Positions 22,888 through 33,861 of a DNA stretch of 64,000 bases are shown here, piece by piece. The DNA comes from Dicyema japonicum (taxonomy: Eukaryota > Animalia > Dicyemida). The notes beneath the pieces were generated by a model. That model worked only from the letters and a program-made list of their open reading frames with translations, did no database searches and had not been told where the DNA came from. The stretch's first letter is position 1; the number at the start of each line of letters is the position of its first letter. Both the position numbers and the translations under genes were made by a program. The DNA lies in contig RDEW01000012.1 of the NCBI GenBank assembly GCA_011109175.1, positions 532,228 to 596,227 on the forward strand. The letters run 5' to 3'.

Positions 22888-25495
22888 TCATCCGCTCTTA
22901 GCAATCTCCTCCTCATTCTTCCTAATCGCCTCCTCAATAGAATGTGTAGAGGGGACATTCGCCACACAGGTTGAATTATAAAACGCCTGAACCGATCTCT
23001 TCACTCTCAACAACTCCCTAATAGTGTCCTCATTCCCATGCTGCAACTCAAACTGAGACCACAGATTCCAGAACACCTCGTCGCACTTAAATAAACACAA
23101 TCCATACCGCTGGGTCACAAAACTGAGAACAGTGACTCAATATCACCCTCGCTCTGTCTATCTCGCCCAATTTCTGCTCCAGTCTAGCAAAGGCCAGACA
23201 CATCTCCCTGTACGTAACCAATCCTCTACCTGGCGTCCTTATCCGGCAATTCCTGAATCGCCTTCTCGTAAATCGGCCGTACACTAGTCACCCCATACCA
23301 CTCAGAGGCTCTTTCAATGTAATGCTTAAACATCTGGATCTTATTCTCCGTTGGAACAGATTCCACCCCACGTGCGTAAACCGCCATAGCATGCCGGGAC
23401 ATACCGTACTTCTCCTCCATTTCCCCGTAGAGAGTATAAAAATCTACATATCACCCACACCGTACGATGACAGTACTTTGGAGGACAGTCTTCTAGACAT
23501 TGCTCGAACAGGTCACGTGATCTCTCCAATTTGTCTTTCCCCTACAGTAACCCCAATTGCTACAAATCTCTTCACAAATTTTGTCAGGTAAGAATTCCAC
23601 AAGTCCACCACAACAGGCCAACGAAACAGAGCTATCCCCGCTCGTACACCTGGAAGGACTGTTCAAAGTAGTTCGCCTCTTCCAGAAACAAAGCGTAGTT
23701 GGCTATGATCTGAGGGTTGGCGATTCTCAAATCGATGACACTGTCGTAGACGGCCTTACAACTCTACAATGAGACTAAGAGGACCTCGAACGTGCCGAAA
23801 CTTTCCTCCAGGTCTGCGTAGAGGCTCCACAGTTTGAGTGACTTGTGAACCCGTGACTGCACTGACTGGGATCGGTCAAAATACGACACGTGGGCTTTGT
23901 TCTTATGGGGAGTTGTCGCTCGTTGTAGTACAAATCGTGCTTGGTCGATATTTCTGGGTTAATGACATTTGTACTGGTTTCTAATCTCCATTTCGACCCA
24001 TTCAGTCCACACACACGCCAAATCATCTGGGGATTGGAACTCTACCTCCACAGCCCGGTCAAAAAGCATTCTGGCATCCTCCATTTGACCCGCCTTCTCG
24101 TAGTGCTGGGCAAAAGCCACCCAAAGACAGTGAGGTTTGCCCACAGCCAATTCCGTACTGACCCTGCTTAGAGCCTCGTTGTACACAGACACCACATCCA
24201 GTCCACTCTCAGCAGCCAGAAGAGCACGTTGCTGCCAGTTCTCAACGTTGTGGGGGTTCTGGCGAATTTTCACACTACAGTAAATTCAATAGCCACCTAT
24301 TCAACAAAATTGCCCGCCTTTCTATCAAGTACTCATATCTGGCTGTACAGAACTCCACGTGGAGAACATCTGAATTATAAATACTCTCACCTCCAAGGTT
24401 GTCCTCGAGTCCGTCGATGGCTGCCGATGCCATTGACTCCTCAAAGTGGGCGTACCCTTCGAAGATCTGAGTAAAGTCACATACCGTCTTCACACTCACC
24501 ATGGCTTCCTCATAAATGTCTCGCCTAAGTAAATGGACTCACTAACCTTGTCGAATCGTCCATTTCTGACATAATACTCAACGAGAGAGCTCCACAGCAG
24601 TCCTGACTGGTCATGGTACTGGTCTATCCCTTGTCTGATGATTGCTTCTACGTTCACGGATGTCACTTCTGTGTGCTTCACCATGAGGTCACATAGGTCA
24701 CACCACAACTGAAAATAACGAAAAAGCCAGACAAACCTGAAATTTGGTCTTCCCCTTTTTGGAGACATATTTATGGTCATTCAGGACATCTACCAACAAT
24801 TTTGCAGCCTCATCATAGTACCCCAACTCTTTGAAGTACTCAACCACGTCCTCCGCCGCCTCCCATTTGATCTGGGACTCATAACAAAGAAAACTTGAAG
24901 ATAGCGTTTCAGGACTCTTAGAGAAGTCAAAGGGACCCCACATTCCTTAATAAACGGGACATAGAGGTTCCAGATCCGTTTATGTTGAGTAACTGGGAGG
25001 GCAACTAGCGCTCGGTCGAAGGTCCGACGCGTCTTCGTGATGAAGCCTTCATGAATAAGGAGGCCAAGGTAGTTCAGCCATATTCTGGGCATCTGGGTTT
25101 AACTAGAAGGAAGACCTTCCCCATAAAGACTAAGGCCCGTTCATACACGTGGTTTAGCTCAATAAACTCGGGATGGGTCACACAGAGCAGTTTCGTACGA
25201 TCAGTACGAAATTTCAGGTACAGACTCCACAATTTGTAACTGAAATATGAGCAGAGGTTACCTGCCTGGAAGTTCTTTGAGAGCACGTTCATAGAGAACG
25301 TAGATGATGTGTGGATCTGACCCTTCTTTGTGCTCAATGTAGCGCAACCACGTTTTTACAGAAAATGGGTTTCTTATGAGTTCTTCTTCGTATGAAATGT
25401 CAGAATCATCCTGTATTTGTTAGCAATTCATATACGAATAGCAAACCCAACTTCATGAGGGCCTCTTCTTTCATAAAGATCAATTCAGACTCCAT
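22888..25495 (-). CDS. XAB2: Pre-mRNA splicing factor SYF1 (HAT repeats)
   Basis: SYEEELIRNPFSVKTWLRYIE, MPRIWLNYL, ITKTRRTFDRAL, LNSVKIRQNPHNV, LWSLYADLEES, IDRARVILSHCSQ; about 14 introns of 21-28 nt. Two apparent frame lesions (23636-23639 and about 24519-24524). Confidence 0.95.
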
Positions 25496-25589
25496 TTTTG
25501 TGCACCACCTGAAAGAGAATACTTAAATTTATTTGTATTATAAATTTAATTTTATTAATAAAATAAAATTAATGTAAGTTAATTTGATG

Positions 25590-26550
25590 AGGATGCTTAG
25601 AGGAAGGCGACAAAAACGAGAATGATACTCCAACAAGTTGCAAGATATGCTCGACAGACTTAACATGTGGTTGGAAACTATCTCAAAGTATAAATCCACG
25701 GAGAAATCCAAGACTCTTTATGTCAAGTAGATGAATGGTGAATTATTTCTCCCCAACTATTTTTGAAGCAAGTAATCAGTAAACAATTTCGGAGAAACCT
25801 TGTACACATTGATGACTTTCTGCAAACATGTGATAAATGTAATCAGCGAGTCTGCCAAAAATGAACTTTGTTAAAATGTTACTCTCAAAATTCAAACGAT
25901 AATTCAATTCAACGCTAGATCCTGTATACCTAATTTATTGACCCAACCATCTGTCATGGTTGTGCCGCTTGGGGGACAAACATAGCCAGATCAAATGTTA
26001 AGAAGATTAATTGTACTCATCTATTATCTCTCGTGGGTTTCGACTAAGACAACTCCGTTCGATGACCTCTTCAGTTAGTCGGGTGACACATTCGCCTGAT
26101 GCAAAAAAATCGCTCATAAAACGACCTTACAAGGATTGAGTCGGTTCCAGAGAGAAACACCGGAAAAAAAACTGGGATCGATATTGATGGAGGCTGATGG
26201 CCTCTTCGCTGAATTAGTTAATTGTCACTGATTTTTGGATAAATAATATGTCACATGGCCCACCACCTACGGATGGGGACTGGTTACATTTTGTGGTTAC
26301 CTATCCTTGAATTTAATTTATTAATTTATCAAGTCACCTGCACCGACATATTTGCCCCTTGCAACCTACTCCAGAGTACCTTTGGAGCCTGTTCTGAAGG
26401 CCGAGAGGTTGAAACTGGCAAAGTACAGGGTTCTATCAAATGGTTTTTGTTCGTTCCACTTTCCGTTGAGACGTCTGGTCCCTTGCGCCTGCGAGGCAGG
26501 AATTCTTGAGTCGTCTAGGGTAGGGGTCACAACCGTGGTTCTTTGAGTTT
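25590..26550 (+). mobile_element. Mixed, heavily decayed retroelement fragments
   Basis: LQDMLDRLNMWL (RT-like) and HIDDFLQTCDKC (integrase zinc-finger-like) remnants. Confidence 0.3.
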
Positions 26551-26637
26551 TTTATGTGGCTCTTTCAATTATCGCAAATAATTACTTACATCTTTAATAA
26601 AAACATTTTCAAAATTGAGTTCTTCCAAAATGTTATA

Positions 26638-26900
26638 CAGTAAACTCTCTTAAAAAGAAATTTTTCAATTTTAGTGGAAATTTTCCAGAATTTTTTAAAG
26701 TCTTTAAAAAATTTAATGAAAATTAAAACAATAAAACTTTATTCGAGTAGCATGCTTTGTTGTGATTCTATTGGTCAAATATTGCGTTATAAGGAAGACA
26801 ACAATTATTATCATGCCCGTTTTTGTTATTTTAACGTGTCCATTTAAAATGGCCTCTAACTAATATTTTCAGGTTTTGGATAAGTTCATCAATAGACATC
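26638..26900 (-). mobile_element. Left terminus of a pogo/Tigger element, probable partner of the end at 33565
   Basis: TA|CAGTAAACTCTCT at 26636-26650; the same 13-mer occurs inverted at 33553-33565 followed by TA. Confidence 0.6.
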
Positions 26901-27859
26901 ACGAGATATTAGCGAAACGACATCTTTAGGTAAAAAAAGTCATTTTTTAATCTTATAAAAATTGATTTTAACGGGTCCTATGGGTAAGTGGAACATTTTA
27001 CAAAGGTCCTCGACATCTTTAGGTAAAAAAGTTATCTTTTTTAAATATTATAAAAATTGATTTTAACGGGTCCTATGGTAAGTAAAACATTTTACTAAGG
27101 TCCTCTAAACCCTATGATTTTTAGATACTAAGTGACTTCGGAATAAAAATTAATTATATTTATCAAAACTAAATTTAATGAGTTATTATCTCTTTTAATT
27201 TCTTTATTATAATAAAAATTTTGAATAATTTAATTAATCAATTGATTCACTATTGCATGCCCTTTCTCGTTAACCAAAAGGGAAATAGAAGTTTAGAACA
27301 TGATGGAAATCTGTACCATTTAAAATACAAGAAGGGACAAAGCACATATTGAAGGTGCCTCAGGTTGTACCTGTCTTGGATCTGTAAAAACCATTCAATC
27401 GTGTGATGAAGTTTGGAGTCTGAAGCAACATAATCATCTTCCAAAAAGTGAATTTGTCAAGAAAGCCTTAATATGGAAAACATAAAGCTTTCTTGGAAGC
27501 AGTTATTTACAATATCGGTAATAATTGTCGTATAGTATGAGAACACGGGGCCATCTTCGTGTCCAGGCTGATAAGTCAAACTTATCAGTCCAAAACATAT
27601 GGTTACAGGAGCCTTAATGAAACCAAAGGAATCACAATATATCCATGATGACCACAAATTTTGAACAATTGCACATTATTTCAAAAGGATTGAAAACGTA
27701 ACAAAGGCAATAGTTCAAAAATCGTTTGCTTGCAACACAGAAAGCCTAAAAATTCATATTTGAATTATGCATAATAAAATTTAGGTTGCTTTTAACTAAA
27801 GATTTATTTGTAGTAATAATATATTAACCTAACCCTTGAATAAAATAACGTTGAGCCAA

Positions 27860-30200
27860 CAACGTTCACGTGTGGTCTTGTTGTGAGTAATTGTATCATC
27901 ATTGGAACGTCGTTCATACAATGGAGCAACACACATTACACCCAAGAGACTGGACACTACATGCTTTACATGCGGTTTTGCCAATGCACGCAAATATGGA
28001 CTTTTCTGCTCGTCTTGCCGTGACTTTTTCCACCTTGGATGCATAAAGATGTCTCAGCGGGATGCGTGCTCGCTCTGCCTGTGGAACTGCAGTGTCTGCA
28101 TGGGAACTGGTTGGAAATCCCAGAGGATCATTCAAACGAGCCCTCTAGACTTCAATGATATGGACAACCTCTTGCTCTTCTTGTCGGATCTAAGAAAGCC
28201 AAGGAAGATCCCAATCAGGATCCCAAGACCCGTCCGGATCCCCGCGGCTACATGCCTGGCTTCTGCAATTGACGATGCTCTCACGTCGACGACCTGGAGG
28301 CCTGGCTATTTCAGAACTATTTTAGAAGACTGACAGCGAAAATCGCATGCAGCATTGTCTGTCCGAGAATATCTGAAGAATTTTCCCCTTCCAACTGGGG
28401 GTTGGTGTAAGGAACGGATGCGAGGCGGCAGTACATGCTGCGAGGTGTTTTTTTGGACAGAAGACGAACAAAACCCACACATTGGGGTCATGCTGGACAT
28501 CTGCAATGCCTTCAATTCATTGAGGAGGGATCAAATTTTCGAAACTACAAGTAAACGAGCTCCGGAACTTATTCCATTTGTCTTCCTCCCTTACGGAACC
28601 AATTCTTCACTGGTTTTCGGGGACAAGATTATCTGTTCGGAGACCGGAGTTCAACAAGGGACCCACTTGGTCCACTACTCTTCGCTCTGGCCATCGATGA
28701 AATTGTCCGCTCTATAAACACACAACTAAACCTTTGGTATCTCGATGACGCCACAATTGGGCCGTGGAGAAAAGTACACGACGTTCTGTCACATGCCGTG
28801 CCGGCACTACGAAACCTCGGACTTGAGATAAACATAAAGAAATCGGAGCTAATAAATATCACATACTCGGAGAGTGATTTCATCAACGTGGTCGAGTCTT
28901 TCAACTCGGTACTACCTGGAATTACTGTCGTACCCAGGGAGCGGACATACTTTCTTGGGTGCCCACTTGACGAAAAGGAACTGCGGAGCCATCTACAAAC
29001 AAAAGAGGATGAACTCTCCAGAGTCACGGAGAAACTCTCCTTACTCGATGGTCATACAGCGTTCTTCCTTTTGAAGAATAGCATCGGCTTGCCCAAACTC
29101 CTATATGCTCTCCGATGTTCTCCCTGCTTCAAACATCGTGACATCCTCCTGTCACTGGATAGGACATTGAGAAAATCAGCTGAATTGCTTCTAAACATCC
29201 ACTTTGATGCGCCGAGTTGGAACCAATGCAAGCTTCCTACACGCCTCGGAGGAACGGGTCTCAGGTCGGCGCTGGAGATCGCCTATCCAGCATATGTGTC
29301 ATCGCTCTCAAGTGGAAGCCTTTTGGTCCAAGAAATCCTACGTATTACAACCGGACTCTCTTGGAAAAAATTCTTCGACGAAGCTCGTTGCGAATGGTGT
29401 GAAACTGGTTTGGATATGCCGAACGATCCTTCGAGGTAACGTGACTGGGATGATATTTACTCCAAGAATATCTACGACGTGCTAAAGTCTGAGGCCAACC
29501 AGCATTGTCTTGCATGCCTCGTGTCCGCCGCCAACCAGCGGAGCGTGGCTAGATGCACTCCCGTGTTCTTTCCTGGGGACCCTATTGGACGATGACTGTA
29601 TTCGGATTGGGATCGCACAACGCCTGGGAGCTGATGTTTGCGTCGAACACCAATGTCGCTGTGGAGGGATCGTCTATGCCAAAGGGCTGCACCGCAAAAA
29701 GAGCGCGGGCAGAGCACCCCGCAATGCTACTATAACAACATTGTCTTGCGAGCTCTTGAAGCGGCAGGCTTCCCGGCAGTACTGGAGCCTGTGGGATTGG
29801 ACCGCGGAGATGGGAAAAGATCGGATAGGTTAACTATCTTTCCTTTCACTGAGGGAAAATCGCTGTTGTGGATACTTTCTCGAACTCGATGATGCTCAGC
29901 TCGGCGCAGTCTGCTGGATCGGCAGCCGATTTGGCCGAGAAAATCAAGATTAAAAAATATGGCGAAATTGGAGACCGCTACCGTTTTGTACTGGTAGCAA
30001 TCGAGACGTCTGGTGCGGTCGGAAGTATTACAGCCTCTTTCCTAAAGGAAATCGGGGGAAAATTGGCCCACCGTAAGAAAGACGTGCGGGAAGTGGTCTG
30101 GCTGAAGCAAAGAATTGGTATCGCAGTTGTTCGCGGAAACGCTTACTCCGTGATGTCAGCAGCCGCTCTCCCCCATAGTTAATAAAAAATATTTTATTGT
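27860..30200 (+). mobile_element. CRE/SLACS-clade non-LTR retrotransposon (PHD finger, RT, CCHC, restriction-like endonuclease), frameshifted and internally deleted
   Basis: PHD CFTC...CSSCRDFFHLGC...WNCSVC; RT NAFNSLRR, GVQQGDPLGP, WYLDD; QCKLPTRLGGTGL; SGAWL; DGKRSD; KIKKY...FVLVAIETSG; QRIGIAVVRGNA. Confidence 0.88.
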
Positions 30201-30358
30201 TAATAAATTTGAGTTGGCTAATAATATATTAATATTAAAAATTAAAAAGAGAATTTATGGATAAAAATTACAAGTCAATATAATTAGAGTTCGAACATCG
30301 TATTCTGTCAATAAAATAAACTTTATGAATGTATAGAAACAACTGATGCTCTATTTCA

Positions 30359-30600
30359 CCCTAACCCATTATTTAATTCACCCTAACACATTTTCTAATT
30401 CAAACTAACTGCTAATTAGTCTAATCCATTCTCTAATACAACATAATTCATTCTCTTATTTACCCTAACGCATTCTCTAATACATCCTAATCCATTCTCT
30501 AATACATCCGAACACATCTTCTAATTCACCTTAACCCATTCTCTAATACAACCAAATTCATTCTCTAATATACCTTAACTCCTTCTCAAATAGACCCTAA
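30359..30600 (+). repeat. 22-bp minisatellite, about 11 degenerate units, consensus CCCTAACCCATTCTCTAATACA
   Basis: Units read directly, e.g. ccctaacgcattctctaataca, tcctaatccattctctaataca, ccttaacccattctctaataca. Confidence 0.85.
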
Positions 30601-30614
30601 TTAATCAGAAAATA

Positions 30615-30757
30615 GGGGACCGATGTCAAGGTCACCCATTTTTGTCCCATACTACGTTGAACATGTTTTTGGACGAAATTAAAAAAAATCGTTTTTCCTT
30701 TAAAATCGGGGACCGATGTCAAGGTCTCTCATTTTTGTCCCATACTACGTCGAACAT
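30615..30757 (+). repeat. Two direct repeats of about 50 bp spaced 93 bp apart
   Basis: ggggaccgatgtcaaggtc...tttgtcccatactacgt.gaacat starts at 30615 and 30708. Confidence 0.85.
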
Positions 30758-31892
30758 TTCTTCAAAAAAAAGCCGGTAACCATTTGTTTTAGAATGATGA
30801 GTAAGACTTATCAGCCCGGACGTGATACTATACGACAATAATTAATCACCATGTAATTCCAATAATATTCTGTCTTTTAACATCAAAACTGAAAATGAAT
30901 ATGACACAATGCTTCAATAATTAAACGTCTCATTCCGGATTTAGAACCAAGAGTTATTGTCTCAGATTTTGAAGTAGGAGCAAAAAACTCTTTTCAAAGT
31001 CATTTCCAAACGCACGGATAAATTGCTGCATGTTTCATATAGGACAAAATATTAACAAAAAAATATTGGAATTAGGAATTTTAAACGACATAAATAATGA
31101 AGATATAAATAGGTTAAATGTGATTTAAAATTAACGATAGATTTGTAAAACTGTTGAATTGCCTCTCCTTTATTCCTAACATACTGTAAAAACACTTTTG
31201 ATTAGATAGAGTCGAGATCAGATTTTCCTGCGATTCTAAAATCCATTATATCAATATTTTTTATCAATTATATCGGTAATCAAGAAAATTGATTAATTCC
31301 AAGATTTCCAATTAACTATTGGAATAATCTGGATAATTTATATATGATGACTTACAACGGACAAATAACTCCATTGAAGGCTGGCACAAACGTTTTTAGA
31401 AGTACATTTGGACACTAAACAAGACTCCAAGAAATTTTGTAAAGAAATTGATAAAAGAAGAAAAAGGCATAATTGATAAAATTCTTAAGATTACAAAATG
31501 GAAAAAAAATTCTTAGAAAAACTAAATATATCGCTTTATCTGAGAATATATTGAGATTTGTTATAGAACAAATGTTACTTAAAATGGATCCGGTAGAATA
31601 TGTATTCTAATAACATTTATAATTATTTTCTTTTTTTCCTTTTGAAAATAAGTCTTTCATTTTTAAGTTAAATAAAAATTTAAAAAAAAATAACATTTTT
31701 ACCTAAAGATGTCGAGGACCTTGGCAAAAAGTTCCACTTACCCATAGAATCCGTTAAAATCAATTTTTATAAGATTTAAAAAAGATGACTTTTTTACCTA
31801 AAGATGTCGAGGACCTAGGCAAAATGTTCCACTTAGCCATAAGACCCGTTAAAATCAATTTTTATAAGATTTAAAGAAGATGACTTTTTTAC

Positions 31893-33565
31893 CTAAAGAT
31901 CTCGAGGACCTTGGTAATGCTCAATTCCCAATTTCCTCTTATTAGAATTTTTAATATTTTCTTTATATCTTCTTATAGAAGTAGTGAATTCTGCATCATT
32001 GTCATTTTCAATGTTTTCTAGAAGATAATTTTCAATCTCTCTTGATTTTAAAAGCATTTCAGTCTTATTTAATGACTTATGTACTACCGGATTCATCTTG
32101 TTCCTAATAGCAATTAATTTCTCCTCTTTATCAATTGCCTCTTGTTCACTGTAATAAATTGAAATAAATTCTTCTAATTCAATAGGATTATAAATCTGTT
32201 CTGGATGCGATTTCATCGGTCACATTTTAGTTCTGATTCGCATTCTGCATGTTCTAGACGTCTAAAACAATTTGAAATTGTTTGAGATTTCACATCTTAC
32301 CATGCCATTTTTACAAACAGTACAGTATCCTTAAGATTTATCTTCTTGTTGATTCATATACTGAGCTCTTCTCGCATTCCAATATATCCGTTAAATATAG
32401 TAATTTGTGCCTTGTAAAATGAACTTTGAAAGATTTGATGATTTCCAGATCCATGGGTCGAATAAGTCCTGTACTTTGGAATAAACATAATTTTGATATT
32501 TTCCAGATAAAGAAGTGGGCAATGGGATGGCAATTATCCATTAATGACAAAATTGATCTTTTTCAATTGATTGTCAAAATTCGTAATCCCAGTCGTGAAA
32601 AAATGATAAAGTCAACCATGCCCTTTTAGAATTGTGACAAGAAACTAAGGAATTATAATCATATTTCTTGAATCATCCGGGCATCGTTGGTTTCCCGATC
32701 AATAGTGGTTTTAACTTATGTATCCATGACATATTGCCGCAAAGAATGACTGAAACTCAATCCTTGAAATTTTTATATCCGCCGAAAGGTAATTTGCAAA
32801 TACTTCGAGAAGGAATCGATTTATAAAATATTCCTGTCTCATCCAAATTATAAATATTTTCAGTAACTCTTTGAAACTACTTCAAATTCTTTTAAAAAGC
32901 CATCAATATCCACATGATTTTCAGTCGCCGTGTAATTTACGCATTCGAAATCCATGTCTTTTTTTTATTTTTCCAAAAACGCGTAAGAAGTTTTAAAGTT
33001 ATATAACGAAAGTTCTTTAGCAAAAAATTCTGCCTTATGTAATATTAGAGAATCGTTCAATAAAGCACCTTAAGTGATAGAGTTAATAGTGTACCTTTTG
33101 ATTCCATTGAATTCAATCTACTAGATATTCATCAAGCTCCGGGTATTTTAAATTTTTTGCAAGTTTTTATTTTAAAATTTCTGTTCTTGAACTGAAACAA
33201 AAGCGATTCTGCATTCATTAATATTGCATTGACTGCCCTTCATGAGATTCTCTTTTTAAAAATAGAAGAAAATCTGTTGCATATCGTCTGACATGAAACT
33301 GATTTATTGGTTTCTTTATACCGCAATATTTCCACTTTTTCAGCAATTGAAATTCTGGTGTAGCCTCCAACAGGAACATTGAGACACATGCTTGCTTTAA
33401 ATAATTTACATTTTTAAAAATATTTTTAAAAAAATAAAAATAATTTTAAAAATGTTGGCAAATTTCAGAATTGGCAAATGTCATTGAAAAATAGAAAAAA
33501 TCGATAAAAATGGCAAATTTTAGAATTGGCAAATTTAAGAGTGGCATATTTGAGAGAGTTTACTG
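31893..33565 (-). mobile_element. pogo/Tigger transposase pseudogene with right TIR
   Basis: ATG 33389; CENP-B-type HTH (KYPELDEYL, KAEFFA), NIYNLDETGIFYK DDE motif and acidic C-terminal region; TIR CAGTAAACTCTCT with TA and repeated TTGGCAAATTT subterminal motifs. Confidence 0.88.
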
Positions 33566-33861
33566 TATTTAAGTTGGTAAGTTGGTGCTACTCAAAAGTA
33601 CCACAATTTTAATTTTTCAAAATTTTTTGAATGTAGGTATTTTGTAAATGCTCGGCCTCTAATTTCGCGGTTGAATATTTAACCATAGAAAGAAAATATA
33701 TTCCCAAACTGTCTACGATCAAATAAAGGAGGATAGTCTAATATATTTAAAAATAGCAACTATAAAATTTCTATACAAGTCAGAATATCCCTCATTTTTA
33801 ATCGTAAAATATTTCCTTTTATAGTCAAAGATAAATAAAATATTCGTAAATATATCCATAA

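Larger units (their letters stand above)
27519..30844. mobile_element. Non-autonomous inverted-repeat element inside the MULE
   Basis: 27519-27606 and 30776-30844 are inverted copies (ATTGTCGTATAGTAT...GGCTGATAAGTC...ATGGTTAC), with a ~19-nt indel. Confidence 0.65.
26918..31913 (+). mobile_element. Mutator-like element (FLYWCH + MULE transposase) with long TIRs made of 93-95 bp tandem units, split by insertions
   Basis: FLYWCH-like MPFLVNQKGNRSLEHDGNLYH...HNHLP from about 27259; MULE core IPIIFCLL, CMFHIGQNI and RTNNSIEGWHKRF at 30850-31400; inverted unit arrays at 26918-27105 and 31696-31913. Confidence 0.85.

Noticed and set aside
27250-27657. Minus-strand ORFs 27250-27444 and 27457-27657 as a host membrane gene
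   Set aside because: They are antisense to the FLYWCH part of the MULE and overlap an inverted-repeat end.
30359-30600. Minisatellite as a CRISPR-like array or a true telomere
   Set aside because: Units are contiguous without unique spacers, and it is a degenerate 22-mer inside a transposon rather than (TTAGGG)n.
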